Source of the DNA: Basidiobolus meristosporus CBS 931.73
Taxonomy: Eukaryota > Fungi > Basidiobolomycota
Length of the DNA stretch: 64,000 nucleotides
Assembly: GCA_002104905.1 (NCBI GenBank)
Contig: MCFE01000452.1
Span: 1 to 64,000, forward strand
Direction: 5' to 3'
In this document: positions 1 to 12,851 of the stretch, piece by piece
How positions within the stretch are numbered: position 1 is the stretch's first letter
Layout of the letters: every line of letters starts with the position of its first letter
Translations under genes and position numbers: made by a program
Notes under the pieces: generated by a model
What the model was told of the DNA's origin: nothing
The model's input: only the letters and a program-made list of their open reading frames with translations
Databases searched by the model: none

Positions 1-32
1 TCACTTCCAATATCTCCAAGACTCTTATAACA
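1..32. repeat. Terminal 32 bp of a Copia-A LTR (element continues left of the window)
   Basis: Reverse complement TGTTATAAGAGTCTTGGAGATATTGGAAGTGA matches the LTR end at 2999 and 12503. Confidence 0.75.
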
Positions 33-2210
33 TCAATAAGTTACTCCATTAAATCCACCAATCAATAAATATATTTGTGGTAATGCTCTGTTTCTATGAC
101 TTTGGCAGGAACCCTGCAGCTTTGTGCCAATGTTCACTCACTGGTTCCCATACATCCTGGTCTTCAGCTGGCACTACAAGGTCTAGCACCTCATCTGCCA
201 GTCTTTGCAATAAATGCTTGCAATATTTAAGTGTGCTTTCTTGATCACTACTCCTGAAGAAGTGCTGCAACCACTTGGTGTGCCTTTTAATGTTTCCAAA
301 TTCCACTGTAGGCATTGGGATACTCCTTTGAGTTCTTAACATTGTTGCTTTTTCTGTCAGTGGGATCTCCATCCTGTCTGCAAAGAAGGACATGGAGGCA
401 GTGGTAGACAAATTGCTTTTCTCTGAAAACTCATCTACCTCACTGGAGTGTAGCTCAATTGGCTGCACTTCCAACTTTTGAGAAAGTAGCTTTTGTCATG
501 ATGGTAATTCTTCTGGGCTATGAAGGGACTCAGCCTGTTCTGGGCTGACAGCATCAATTAGTGAGAACTGCAGCCTTTTTCTTGCGCCTCCCTGACTCTG
601 GCCTTGGTAGATCTTTTTCTCTTTGCCTTTGCCTAATCACTGCTAAGTCTTTCACTGTTGTTTTGACCAAGTGCTTCTTGTATAGTACTCTGTTTACTCC
701 TTGATGAATACTGCAGTAGTGCATCTGCCTTTGCCTGCCTATCCCTTGCCAGCACTCTCCTGGCAACCTGATGTTTCTTTGCCACTGGCTTGGAACTATC
801 AGCATTGCTTGTGACAGGTTCCTGTGAAAGCCATGGGTCTTTATCACCATCAAGTTCCTTACTACTACTGTGACCAAGTTCCTCTTGTATTGAACTTTAT
901 TTTCTCCTTAATGAATGCTGAACTGATGCATCTGTTTTTACCTGCTTTCTGTTGCCAGCGCTCTACCAGAAACCTGAAATTTCTTTGCCACTTGTTTAGA
1001 ACTTCCAGCCCTGCTTGTGACAGACTCTTGAGAAAGCCATGGGTTTTTTCACTGTGAAGTCCTTCACTGCTACTGTGACTAAGTGCTTCTTGTATTGACC
1101 TACTTTTCTTCTTCATAAATGCAACACTAATGCATCTGTTTCTGCCCACCTGTCCCTTACTGGCACTCTGCTGACTACCTGACACTTCTTTGTAGCTTGT
1201 TTAGAGCATTCAGCCCTGCTTTTGACAAGCTCTTGAGGAAGCCACCAGCTTTTAGCTGCAGCACCCTTGTTCTTCTGCCTTTGGAAGTTTCTGCTATTCT
1301 TGAGATACTTTCTTAGCATACCAATGCTGGCCCAAAATCCATTTGCTTGCTTGAATGCTGGATTATGCTCATGGAACAGGTCAAGCACTGTGGTAGGGTA
1401 ACCATACATCCCACAGACAAGCTTATCCATGCATTATCATATGACTATTATACCACTCCACTTTGCCCATATCATTAGTATTATACCTGTATGACTTTTA
1501 CCCTGATTAGTATTAGCAATAGTTATCGCAGATGTTAGTAAGCTTTGTGATCTATGTATTTATAAACACTAGGCAAAACCTGCTTCAGTACCTGTGACAC
1601 ATGACCCAGGTCTGTGGTACCATCCTCACCATCTCAATACCATATATGGTATCTCTATGTTACACAGGTTTCAGACTTCTGATCCCTGATTGTTTGATGT
1701 GCTGTGCCTTTTAGAACCTTCCAAGACCTTCTTGGAGTATCTTTAGCTCATAGTGATGTCATCCAGCATTCCACTGATGCTAGGAACCTTCTAGAACCTG
1801 GTATAGTATTAACTTGGCAATCAAGAAAAGTATTTAAGGGAAGTCAAGCTCTCATCAAGAAATTGTCCCATCTATCAGTAACATTTGTCCCTTATTGATT
1901 AGCAGTGGATCACTGCACCTATCTTTTACAGTTACACCTCAGACCTGCCATCAAGGAGCTTTACAGGGTAGTGCACAAGTCACACAGAGACCTTTGGAGA
2001 CACATGGTGCACCTAGGAAGCCAGAGAAGCAGGAGCTTTTACCATAGAGATATAATGACAAAGGAACCTGCAGTTTAGACCCAGAGATTATTGCAATCAT
2101 CAACCACTTCCCGCACCTTGAGTTGTGTTGTTTCTTCCAGGAGTACCTCTACACCACAACAGCTCATTCTGCTTGGCCTTGAGTTCCCAATGGTCTTATG
2201 GTATGCCAGC
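33..2210 (-). pseudogene. Degenerate copy of CACTA-like element ORF2 (three repeat units), interrupted at 1389-2161
   Basis: ORFs 94..474, 554..877, 865..1185 and 1113..1430 are homologous to 7675..8232 and 28497..30071. Host sequence resumes at 2162. Confidence 0.8.
1389..2161. mobile_element. LTR-like insertion, related to 26184-27249
   Basis: Starts TG, ends CA, and interrupts ORF2. 1570-1830 matches the reverse complement of ~26790-27050. Flanks GCAC/GCTC are only an imperfect duplication. Confidence 0.55.
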
Positions 2211-2998
2211 CCTTATGAAAAATAATTTGGTCCCATGGGTGGATCCAGTTCAGATCAGCCATCAAGATCCTATCAGGAGACCACTACAATACCAGTAGCT
2301 TGGAATTAATGACCATCTACACAATCTTATGATAGGATCACAATGGCATTTGGCTGATTTTACAGGCAAATAAAGTAAAAAACATAACAATGTTTGTACA
2401 GTGCTTTGCTAAGGGTGGCATGGCATTAATGCAGTCTTAGTGCACTCTACAGCTATTTGAGTGGATCTAGCCAGCCAGTACATCCAATTGCCTTATATGG
2501 CTAAAGGTTTACTGGTGTCTTGATGGCCTCATTGTGGGCTTATTACAGCAGTATGGCAGCCTACAGCTAGTTCAGTATAATGCTACTGTACCAATTTACC
2601 AAAGGGTATTTCCTTTTTTACCTCCCCTTGTGCAATTCATATATTCCACTATTGAATCACCCCTCTATATTTGCTGACCCACTACTACCTTGGGTATTCA
2701 ACATATAGCTTGAATCAGACTTCTGTATGTTCTCTCAGTGGCAATTTGATGTTCTTAGTATTGGTGGTTGGGTAATAATGATGTGTATGAGTTATGAAGT
2801 AAGTCCCCTGGATCTCACACATTTGGCAGCAATACCATCCATTGCATCCAGTAAAGCCAGCTATTTTGTGGATGGTGGGGGCATCTCCAATGCAGATAAT
2901 AGTATGCACTTTGACATGATGGCCATTTACTGTTATCCCACTGGAAAGCATACAAAATTTATCCAGCAATGAATACAGGTAGCTATCCAGGTTGGAAA

Positions 2999-3347
2999 TG
3001 TTGTAAGAGTCTTGGAGATATTGGAAGTGATTGGGAGAACAAGTAGATTATGTGGTTTTCACTTAATGATTTATTGAATGTAAAAGTGGTATTTATACTT
3101 TTACCTGGTCTTGGCATTACAAACACGTAGAATAGGTTAAGAAAGGTCCCAAGAACATGTGTGCAAAGTTTGGGGCTGTTTGGACAACTTTGAGAATTTT
3201 CATGTTCTGGGTACCTGGTATTTTGGTGAAAATATTCTAAGTAAATCCCAACAAGGAATTTGGTCAGTATTCTCTAGGATTTGAAGGTGATGATCTAAGT
3301 GACTAAGTTAGGTGAATATTTAGGTGGAAATACAAATTTTTACAACA
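2999..3347. repeat. Solo LTR of Copia-A (349 bp), 5-bp TSD GGAAA
   Basis: TGTTGTAA...TTACAACA ends. GGAAA at 2994-2998 and 3348-3352. Close match to LTR 12503-12851. Confidence 0.95.
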
Positions 3348-3850
3348 GGAAAGTGATTCAGGCCCAGATACCGGTGAGACTACCATTGGATTTCTGCTTT
3401 GATATTGTAAGATAGGCAGTAGATTCAGGTTGATGAGAATCTGTGGCCAGCAGGATTTGTTGGAAGAGTACTTGTTGAATGAGAATCCATCAAGTGCCAA
3501 GGTAAAGGCATGGTCATACATACCTTCAAAGTGGCCATTGCTTCTTAGCTGCTTGTAATGTTTGCCACTAAATACATCAGATATGTTTACACTTTATTGA
3601 TACTGAATGTGGTATTTATAGCTTCACAATACTTGTTGGACTGCATGAGCTTCTTTAGATGTGATATTACTGGAATATATCCAGAGTGTGAACTAAGTTT
3701 TCCCCCAATGGTGGTGGATTCCTGACAAGTGGGACACCTTGCAACAGTTGCAGTTATAGAAGTATTAAGCTGCTGGCAAGATATTGTTGATACAGTAGTG
3801 ACTGGTGAATGGTCAAATATGACATGTGTGGCAAAACACTGGCTGTGATC

Positions 3851-5049
3851 TGTTGTGTTCTACTATGATTAGTTTGGGGCTTGTTCTACAATGTGGAGGC
3901 TAATCAACAATATACAACAACTTCCAGTATGCTGATACCAAAATAGTTTATTGGGAGTATGATATACCAATAGAAGATATAACTTTCACTAATATCCACA
4001 ATCTTAGGCTCAAAATATACTATAGGCAGTGTTTTTTCACTTCTACAGCAGTGTTCTGACCTTCTGTTGACTATTGGGCTTATTTACTTTTATTGTAACC
4101 TTTCCTTACTAGGTAGTCACTTTGCTTTCTGAAAAATATTTCCTACTATGGAAATTCTGAGCTCCCCCTGAACCTAAAGGGTGTGGTGTAGAAGTCTCTA
4201 ATGGGGTCTTTAGACCTAAAGGGGTGTCTTTAGAGTAAAGGGGCTTCTTGTAGCGGTCTCTAAAGTGAATTTTACACTAAAGGGGTGCCCAACAGGGCTT
4301 CTTTAGAGCAAAGGGGCTTCTCAAAGTGGTCTCTAAAGGGGTCTTTAGACTAAAGGGGCTTCTGAGAGGGGACTTTTCCAACAGAAAAATGGTAGTTTTC
4401 TTGTAGAACTTAGATTGGATTCTTGTGAGCTCTGCAGTCTCTTTACTGATCTAATACCAATCAAAGTCAGAGTACCCAGCAGTGCAAGTGATGCAGGGGA
4501 AGTCTTATAACCTTTAAACTTGTAATTGTAGTGTGGAGATTCTGGAAAGAGAGGCTCTCCTTTATTTTTCAGCTGGGGAATTCATATATATGAAAATTCT
4601 GAAGGATCAAAGCTTTTGGGCAATTGCGCAAGCAATTCATGGGATACAAAGCTAAAATTTTGCCATGGCACAGAACAGACTTAAGTGGAGCATCTGTGTG
4701 AATATCACGTGATATGATTGGCTGGCTCAAAAGTTGCATGCAATCAAATTCCTCATAGTAATCCTAGCAATAGAGGTCCAGTACATATAATAATTGGACT
4801 CTTTGGTCATAACTCCTTAAGTACTGCCTCAAATGAGCTGTAATTTGAAGCATGTGTTGGCTACTGTGTGTTCTCTATGACATAATATTCTTGGGTGGAT
4901 TGCTTGTCAGGGTCTGGAGCATTTGTCCTTCAAAGTTGTGAATTCTTGATCTTTCACCTGTGTGTTACAATAGCAAAAAGCAAAATAAAGAAATGAGTGC
5001 AATATTGGTTTTGAGATATTGTAATAATGGAATACTTTCCATTAACACA
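3851..5049. mobile_element. 1.2-kb LTR-like insertion, 4-bp TSD GATC
   Basis: TG...CA ends with GATC on both sides. The flanks rejoin as GGCTGTGATCCTTGT, as in the uninterrupted copy near 27667-27680. Confidence 0.7.
4170..4380. repeat. Degenerate G-rich minisatellite (TAAAGGGG core)
   Basis: About seven (C/T)AAAGGG(G) cores separated by TCTTTAGA-like spacers. Confidence 0.7.
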
Positions 5050-5389
5050 GATCCTTGTATTACTTCCTATGCTGTCTGTGGGCTTCCTGGCTGAGAGGCT
5101 TGCTACAATAGCCACATGGTCTTTTTTCTCTTTGCTGTCAGCATTTACTCAAAGTGGTCTTGCCCATGGGGCAAACTGTTTGACACTCAACAACATAACA
5201 CTATTTTATTACTTTTCTGTTAATACTTATATGAATTCAAGACAGTTTTATATATGAGACATTGCAACTACATGAATGTAAGATTCAATGATGACCAGCC
5301 ATAGTAAGCATTATAGACAAAGTTGTAGGACTACAGGCATATGTATATGTAACACTATTTTGCCTTTAGTTTGACTCACTTCCATATAT

Positions 5390-6978
5390 ATGCCACCAAA
5401 GAATAAAGCAAAGTTGCCTGGTTCCCAACCAAGCCCCACTGCTGACAGCAGCAGAAGTGTAATTGAACAACAGCTTGCTTTGACATTCAGTGCAACAAGT
5501 GGGACTACAACCAAAAAGGCCCTGTGGACAATGTACCCACTAAATGTAATAATGTGGACTCCTCAGGCGCTTGGTCAAGTAGGCAATTGGGAATATCTGT
5601 GGAGCTGCAAGCTGAGCAGCATGCTGAGGCAGATGAGAATCTAGCAAAAGCAGTACCTTGAACTGAAGACTAGCAAGTGGCCATCACAATATCACCACCA
5701 CCTCTATTAGCAAGTATGTTACCAGCTGATACCAAAGCATTAATGAGGCAATTAGGTGTAGTGGCTGATAGGATAGACACAATGGCCCAGAGAAGTTAGT
5801 GCTCCCCCCCTCTCAGCATTGTGTTGAGGTGGCAGGGAAGCAAAGCTGATTTTGCCCCCACAGACATGAGGCATCCCAGGAGAACCTCAAGCACCCCCAG
5901 TCATTAGGAAATAGACCAGAAACAGGATGAGCAAACAAAGGGTGTGGGTAATAAACATCCCAGGCAGAGAGAGCAGTATCTTTGCTGAAAAAAAGGAACT
6001 TAAGTAGCTTGATGTCACATTCAAGATTTGAGCCATTTCTCAATGTAACAGCAGAGGAACACTGTACAGTCTTTGAAGCACAACAACAGTGCCTAAAGAT
6101 AAAGCCCACAGAAAAACCTATCACAGCATAGGAGAGAGAAGATGCAGTGTTTGTAACCAGGCCTAAAAATCAAAATACATTGCAGATCTGTGAAGCTGAT
6201 GAGTGCAATGATGAAGAGTGAGCTAATTTTCAAGACACTGTTAGATGTCTAACACACCAACATCTCAAGGCTGGCATACCATGGGACTATCAGGAACTCA
6301 AGGCAAAGCAGAATGCACTTGACTTGCTCCATGAGCATTATCCTTGTTTCAAACAAGCAAACAGATTTTGGGCCGGCATTAGTATGATAAGAAACTCTCA
6401 AGAATAGCAGAAACTAACAAAGGCAGAAGAACAAGGGTGCAGTGACTAAAAACCAGTAGCTTCCTCAAGAGCCTGTTACATGCATGGCCAAAAGATCCAA
6501 TCAAGCATCACAGAGACATCAGGTAGCTAGAAGAGTGCCAATAAGGGTAAAACAGGCAGACACAGATGCACCAAAATGGCATTTACCAAGGAAAGAATGT
6601 AGTTCTACTCAAGAAGTACTCTGCCAAAGTAGCAGTGAAGGGCCTGGCAGTGATTCAAACAAGCAGCTACCTCAGGAGCCCATCACAGCAGGGGCTGAGT
6701 GCTTGATACAAGCAGAAAAGAAGCATCAAGTTGCCTGCAGAGTGCCAGCAAGAGACAAGCAGGCCAAAACTGATGCATCAGAGCAGCATTTATCAAGGCA
6801 ACAGCATGGTTCAATTCACAAAGCCCTCTGACAGAGTAGCAGTGAAAGACCTGGTAGTGATAAAGGAAACAGTAAAGGGAAAAAAGTCTACACAAGCCAG
6901 AGACAGGAAAATCTGAGAAAAGAGCTGCAGTTCTTTCCAACAGATGCTGTAAGCCAGGAACAGACTGAATCCCATCAT
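5390..6978 (+). pseudogene. CACTA-like ORF2, copy 1, with stops, truncated
   Basis: ORFs 5390..5644 and 6484..6831 are colinear with 28012-29500. Confidence 0.8.
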
Positions 6979-7343
6979 ATTCTTGTTGGTAACTCTTCTT
7001 GGCTATGATGGGACTCAGTCTGTTGTGGGCTGATGGCAATAATTGGTGAGAACTGCAGCTTTTTTCTCCTACTTATCTGTGTCTGGCCTTGGTACACCTT
7101 TTTCTCTTTACCTTTACCTTTATCACTGCCAATTCTCTCACTACTATGCTGACTGAGTGCTTCTTGTATTGTGCTCTGTTTGCTCAAAGAAGAATGCTCC
7201 ACTGTTGCATCCATTCCTGCCTGCTTGTCTCTTGCCAGTATTCTCCTGGCATCTTGGTGTTTCTTGACCACTTGGTTGGAACTATTGGCCCTGCTTGTAA
7301 TGGGCTGCTGAGAAAGCTGCAGGATTTATCACTGTCAAGCATG
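6979..7343 (-). pseudogene. ORF2 remnant, left half of the host sequence split by element copy 2
   Basis: ORF 6975..7271 is homologous to the ORF2 repeat region and continues colinearly at 17687. Confidence 0.75.
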
Positions 7344-7674
7344 CCCTATGAAAAATTATTGAGATGTTCCCATCAAAAGGCCGTCACAAAGTCAATATCT
7401 TGTGAGAAAGAGGTACTGATCTTGTCAGGACACCATCCAGAGACTGTTGAAAAATAATTGCACCCCAGATTTAACAAAAAACTTGGTTAAAATTTTTCAT
7501 CACAACAATGTATAAGTGGCTTTTGAATGGTTCCTGGCCAATTTGCTCACTTTCTGATCCCAGACACTCTATTGCCTCCCTTGTTGGTGTGAATTGATTG
7601 GCTATTGCCTCTTTTTCACACTCCTTACTTCCTGACTCAACCATTTCTCTTACTTTTCACGCATACAAATTGAT

Positions 7675-8230
7675 TCATTTCTGTTGAAACTTCAGTAGTA
7701 CCTCAATTGCCAATTGTATTGACAAATACAAGTCTCTATACCCTACACTAACATTAAGCCCAACCCTACACTCAACAAGTAGCTCCATTAAAATCCACCA
7801 CTCCATAAGTATATCTGCTGAATTGCTCTGGTTCCACAACTTTGGTAGGAACCCAGCAGCTTTATGCCACTGCTCTTTCACTGGTTCCCACATGTCCTGG
7901 TCTTCAGCCAGCACTGCAAGGTCTAGCTCCTCATCTGCCAGTCTTTGCAATAAATCCTTGCAATATTCCAGTGCATTTTCTTGAGCACTGCTCTTAAAGA
8001 AGTGCTGCAACCTCTTGGCATGCCTCTTAATGTTCCAAAACTCCACTGAAGACATTGTGATAGTCTTTTGAGCTCTTGACATTGTAGCCCTGTCTGTCAG
8101 TGGGATCTCCACTCTGTCAACAATGAAGGCTGTGGAAGCTGTGGTAGAAAGATTGCCTTTTTCAGCAAACTCATCTACCTTGCTGGAGTGTAGCTCAACT
8201 GGCTGCGCTTCCAACCCTTGTGAAAACAGC
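7675..8230 (-). pseudogene. ORF2 C-terminal part (copy 2)
   Basis: ORF 7675..8232 is homologous to 29520-30071 and 94..474. Confidence 0.8.
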
Positions 8231-8528
8231 ACTTAATGATCTATTGAATGTAAAAGTAGTATTTATACTTTCACCTGGTCTTGACATAACAAACACATAG
8301 AATAGGTTAAGGAAGGTCCCAAGAACATGTGTGTAAAGTTTGGGGCTGTTTGGACAACTTTGAGAATTTTCATGTTCTGGGTACCTGGTATTTTGGTGAA
8401 AATATTCTAAGTAAATCCCAACAAGGAATTTGGTCAGTATTCTCTAGGATTTGAGGGTAATGCTCTAAGTGACTAAGTTAGGCAAATATTTAGGTGGAAT
8501 TACAAATTCTTACAATACTCCCACTCAG

Positions 8529-11500
8529 CTATATGTTCATACTGACTAGTCCTAATTTTGACCTAAGATATTCAAACTTGTCTCTAGGTAATGGTTTAGT
8601 AGATATGTCTGCAATCATTTCATCTGCAGGGCAGTAAACTAAGCTAACTAAGTTATTCTCTATAGCTTCACGTATGAAATGGTGTCTAATATCTATGTGC
8701 TTGGTTCTAGAATGAAAAGTTGGATTTCTACCTAATTGTATACATTCTTGATTATCTTGAAATAAAGTAATAGGCATTTTTTAACATAGGCCTAAATCTG
8801 TAAAAGGTTTTCTTAACCACATTGCTTCTTTTGTAGCTTCACAGGCTGCCATATACTCTGCCTCTGTGGTGGAAAGTGCTATGATTGGTTGCTTTCTTGA
8901 ATTCCATAAAATTGCTCCTTTACAGTAAAGAAATGTGTATCCTGTGGTGGATCTTCTGTCTTCCAAATATTGTCCCCAATCAGCATCAGAGTATCCCACA
9001 AGATCCTGTTCTGAATCCTTATAAGTGTATCTTAAGCAGATATCAGCAGTTCCTTTTAGGTATCTAAAAATCTGCCTAACTGCTGCAATATGATCAGATC
9101 CATAGTTCTGATTATGCTGGCTGACAACTCCCACTGAATATGAGATATCTGGATGTGTTCCAAGCATGATATACATCAGACTGCTGACCATAGATTGATA
9201 AGGAAAGTCAGGGCTTTCAGATTGCACCAAGCTCTCTTGATTTGGTTGTGTTTTGATCAAGTTAAGGTTTGTATCCATTGGGGTAGCTGCTGGTTTACAG
9301 TCTTCCATTTGGTACTTCTTTAGTATATCTTGAATATACTTGGATTGGCTTAGGGTGATAGTCTGGGTACTTATGTCTATGGAGAACTTAATCCCTAAGT
9401 AGTAACTAAGTTCTCCTAGATTGGACATCTTGAACTCCTTAGATAGGCTGGATTTAGTCTCTTCCAATGTTTCTAGGTTATTGGCATCTATAATAAGATC
9501 ATCCACATATAGAGCTAATAGAACTGGATTTGCTCTATCTGGCTTATAGTATATACTATAGTCAGCATTACTTCTTTTGAAACTCAAAGATTTCAAATAA
9601 GAATCTATCTTGCAATTCCAGGCTCTTAGTGATTGTTTGAGACAATAAAGTGACTGTTTAAGCTTGCAGACCAAATGGGGGTTATCTTGGTCAACAAACC
9701 CATCAGGCTGGTTCATATACATGTCCTCATCAAGTTCTCCATTCAAAAAATGCAGTTTTTACATCCATTTGATAAATAAAAAACTTATATTTGGCTGCAA
9801 TAGCCTATATTAATCTGATGGAATCAAAGTTGGCTACCAGTGCAAAGGTCTCAGTATAGTCAAGTCCTTTTGTTGGAGAGTATCCTTTGGCTACAAGTCT
9901 TGCGTTGTATCTTTCAATTGTACCATCAGCCTTGTATTTTCTCTTGAAGACCCATCCGCATCCAATTGATTTTTGGTTGATTGGTTATTTGACCAAGTTC
10001 CACGTTTGATTTTCCATTAGGGCCTGATAATCCTCAGTCATTGCAGATCTCCAAAACTTCTGCTGAGGGCTATTTAGGGCCCCTTTTACAGTCTGGGGTT
10101 CATCAATATGGACTGAATAGGCATAGGCTAAGTTTGTACCCTCATTGATATAGTAATTTGGGCTATTTCTTGTCTGATTGGATCTCTGGGCATTTGATAC
10201 TGGAATGATCACTTCTGGGATACTCCTGGGCACTGATTCTGGCTGAACCACAGTTGTAGAGTCCTCTGGAGTGAAAAAGATTTCATTGTTTTGCTCTGAT
10301 TCAATCCTGACAATTGGTGGATTTGAGATCAAATATTCTTCATCATCTGATGTCATTTTTTGAGAATATTTTGAATTTTCATCAAACAACACATCCCTGG
10401 ACTTGATCAGCTTCTTTACTTTGGTATTATGGAGTCTGTATGCCTTACTCTCATTGCAGTAGCCCAAAAATATGCATTTTAAACTTTTTGGCTCAAATTT
10501 TGACTGATTTCCGGCCAGTTTTTTGGCATATGCTGTACACCCAAATATTCTTAGATGTTCTGCACTTGGTCTGTATCCATATCATGCCTCAAATGGGGTA
10601 GATTCACAAAGTATTCTGTTATAACTCCTATTTTTATGGTATACAGCAGTGGCAACTGATTCTGCCCAAAAATTATAGGATAATTTTTGATCATGGATCA
10701 TAGATCTTGCCATATCAATTATTGATCTATTAGCACATTCTGCTACTCCATTTTGCTGTGGGGAGTATGGTACAGTAGTCTCTTGCTTTATCCCATGAAT
10801 TTTGCAGAAGTGGATGAAGAGTTTTGAGGTATATTCTCCACCATTGTCAGAGCGTATTTTCTTGATTTTTTCACCTATTTCTCTCTTCACCATTGCTTTA
10901 AGCTCCCTGAACTTAGACAGAGCTTCTTCCTTTCTCTCCATGACGTAGACCCATGTGTATCTTGTATAATCATCAATAAAGGTGATTAAATACTGCATCC
11001 CGCATAAGGATAAATTTTGAATAGGTCCACACAGATCTGAGTGAATTAGATCTAATTTTTTCTTAGTTTTGATTAACCCTCAGCTTTTGAATGGTTGTTG
11101 GGCTTGCTTCCCATATATGCAGGCTTCACAGTGCTCCAAATTAGCTGGGGGATCCATTTTCACTCCAGATATTAGCTGATCTTTGATCATTTTACGCAAA
11201 TAATCAAAATTGATGTGTCCAAATCTACCGTGCTAAAGCATTGGTGTTTCTTCATTTAAGTTACTTATATTGGCTTCCAGATATGATGGAATATAAGTCA
11301 ACTTGTATAGATTTTGATCTCTGATGCCCAAAGCAATATGGCCACCATTTTGATCAGTGATCCTGCATCCAGAATTGTCAAAACTGAAACTGAGTCCTTC
11401 TGCTGTGGCCTTGCTTACAGAGAGTAGGTTCTTGGCAATCTCTGGTACATAGAGTACTTCTTTAAAGGTCAGTGTATGGCTTCCATCACTGCTTCCAAGG

Positions 11501-12480
11501 TTTACTTGGATAGTTTCTTCTCCCACTGCATTAAGTGTTCTATTGTCACCCATGAAAACCTTCCTAATTGGAATTTTTTGATGTTGCATAAAAAGTTCTT
11601 TTTGGTGTGTAAAGTGTTGAGACGCTCCCAAGTCAATATACCACATCTGAGAGTCCTTGTTTGCAGTCATATTTAGTGCAGATATGAATAGTCTATCTTC
11701 AGTTGCTGCAGCATTTCCATATGGAGGCTTATTTTTCTGATTATCTTTCTTTTTGAGACACTGGTCTGATGTGTGTCCTTTCCTTTTGCAGTAGTTGCAA
11801 AATAGGTTGCTGTTGCCTTTGTAGGGTCTTGGGTACCTCCTTTGTTGGTTATCATTGCTTATTAAAGCATTTTCTTCCTTCTTATTGGCGCTGGATTTTC
11901 TTAATTCTTCATCCAGGAGCCTTCCATATATGTAATTTAAGGTCAAATCTTCAGTTCTGGACTCTAAGGCTGATACAAGGCCCTGAAACATGTCTGTCAG
12001 GCTATTCAAGATGGTAACTATCACATTCTCATTAGAAGTTGGTACACCCACATATTCCATCTCATCTACCAGCAGGGTAATTCTGTTAATTAGATTTTTC
12101 ATTTCTTCTCCTGGCAGCATCTTTGCAGTGAAGAATTTTTGTCTCAGATACATTTTCTTAGCAGCTGAACATGACTGGTAGGTGTCTTCTAATGCCTTCC
12201 AGGTATTCTTTGCCATTTTTGCTCTTGAGCATTGAATTAGCAATTTGTCTTTAACATTAAGGCAAATGCAGTTAAAGGCACTTTGTTCTTTCTTCTAGTA
12301 CATTAAGGCCTCCTCTCCCACATTTTTAGGAGGGCATTCTTCTCCCATGACAATAGCCAAAAGGCCTCTTTCTTGTAGCAGCATCTTCATTTTCACCTTC
12401 CACACTTGGTAGTTAGATCCATCCAACTTTTCAGCAGAGGGAGATATTCCAGTAATAGCAGTAGTAGACATTGCAGAGAG
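8529..12480 (-). pseudogene. gag-pol: Copia gag-pol with frameshifts and stops
   Basis: KLDGSNYQVW gag start, CNYCKRKGHTSDQC zinc knuckle, WYIDLGASQH protease, RSDNGGEY and PQQNGVAE integrase, LYVDD RT, GYSDADWG and RTKHIDIRHH RNase H. Confidence 0.93.
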
Positions 12481-12490
12481 TGACAGCTTG

Positions 12491-12502
12491 GGGCTCATAG
12501 CC
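12491..12502 (-). other. Primer-binding site GGCTATGAGCCC
   Basis: Directly inside the 5' LTR. The same motif (GGTTATGAGCCC) sits at 36075 and 46323-46334. Confidence 0.75.
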
Positions 12503-12851
12503 TGTTGTAAGAGTCTTGGAGATATTGGAAGTGATTTGGAGAACAAGTAGATTATGTGGTTTTCACTTAATGACTTATTGAATGTAAAAGTAGTATTTAT
12601 ACTTTTACATGATCTTGGCATAACAGCCACGTAGAATAGGTTAAGGAAGGTCCCAAAAACATGTGTGCAAAGTTTGGGGCTGTTTGGACAACTTTGAGAA
12701 TTTTCATGTTCTGGGTACCTGGTATTTTGGTGAAAATATTCTGAGTAGATCCCAATAAGGAATTTGGTCAGTATTCTCTAGGATTTGAGGGTAATGATCT
12801 AAGTGACTAAGTCAGGTGAATATTTGGGTGGAATTACAAATTTTTACAACA

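Larger units (their letters stand above)
2211..6978. mobile_element. CACTA-like element copy 1 (transposase on -, ORF2 on +), degenerate, ORF2 end missing
   Basis: Terminus CCTTATGAAAAATAAT at 2211. Transposase fragments 2715..2969 and 3303..3521 (LDGF, NL-P, SGP, GDAPTIHKIAGF motifs). ORF2 starts MPPKNKAKL at 5390. Confidence 0.85.
8231..12851 (-). mobile_element. Ty1/Copia LTR retrotransposon (Copia-A), near full length, 3' LTR clipped by a deletion
   Basis: 5' LTR 12503-12851, 3' LTR remnant 8231-8518, PBS at 12491-12502, polypurine tract next to 8519. Domain order gag-PR-IN-RT-RH. Confidence 0.95.

Noticed and set aside
554-1260. CRISPR-like or satellite array
   Set aside because: The repeats are ~207-bp coding units of a transposon ORF, not short repeats with unique spacers.
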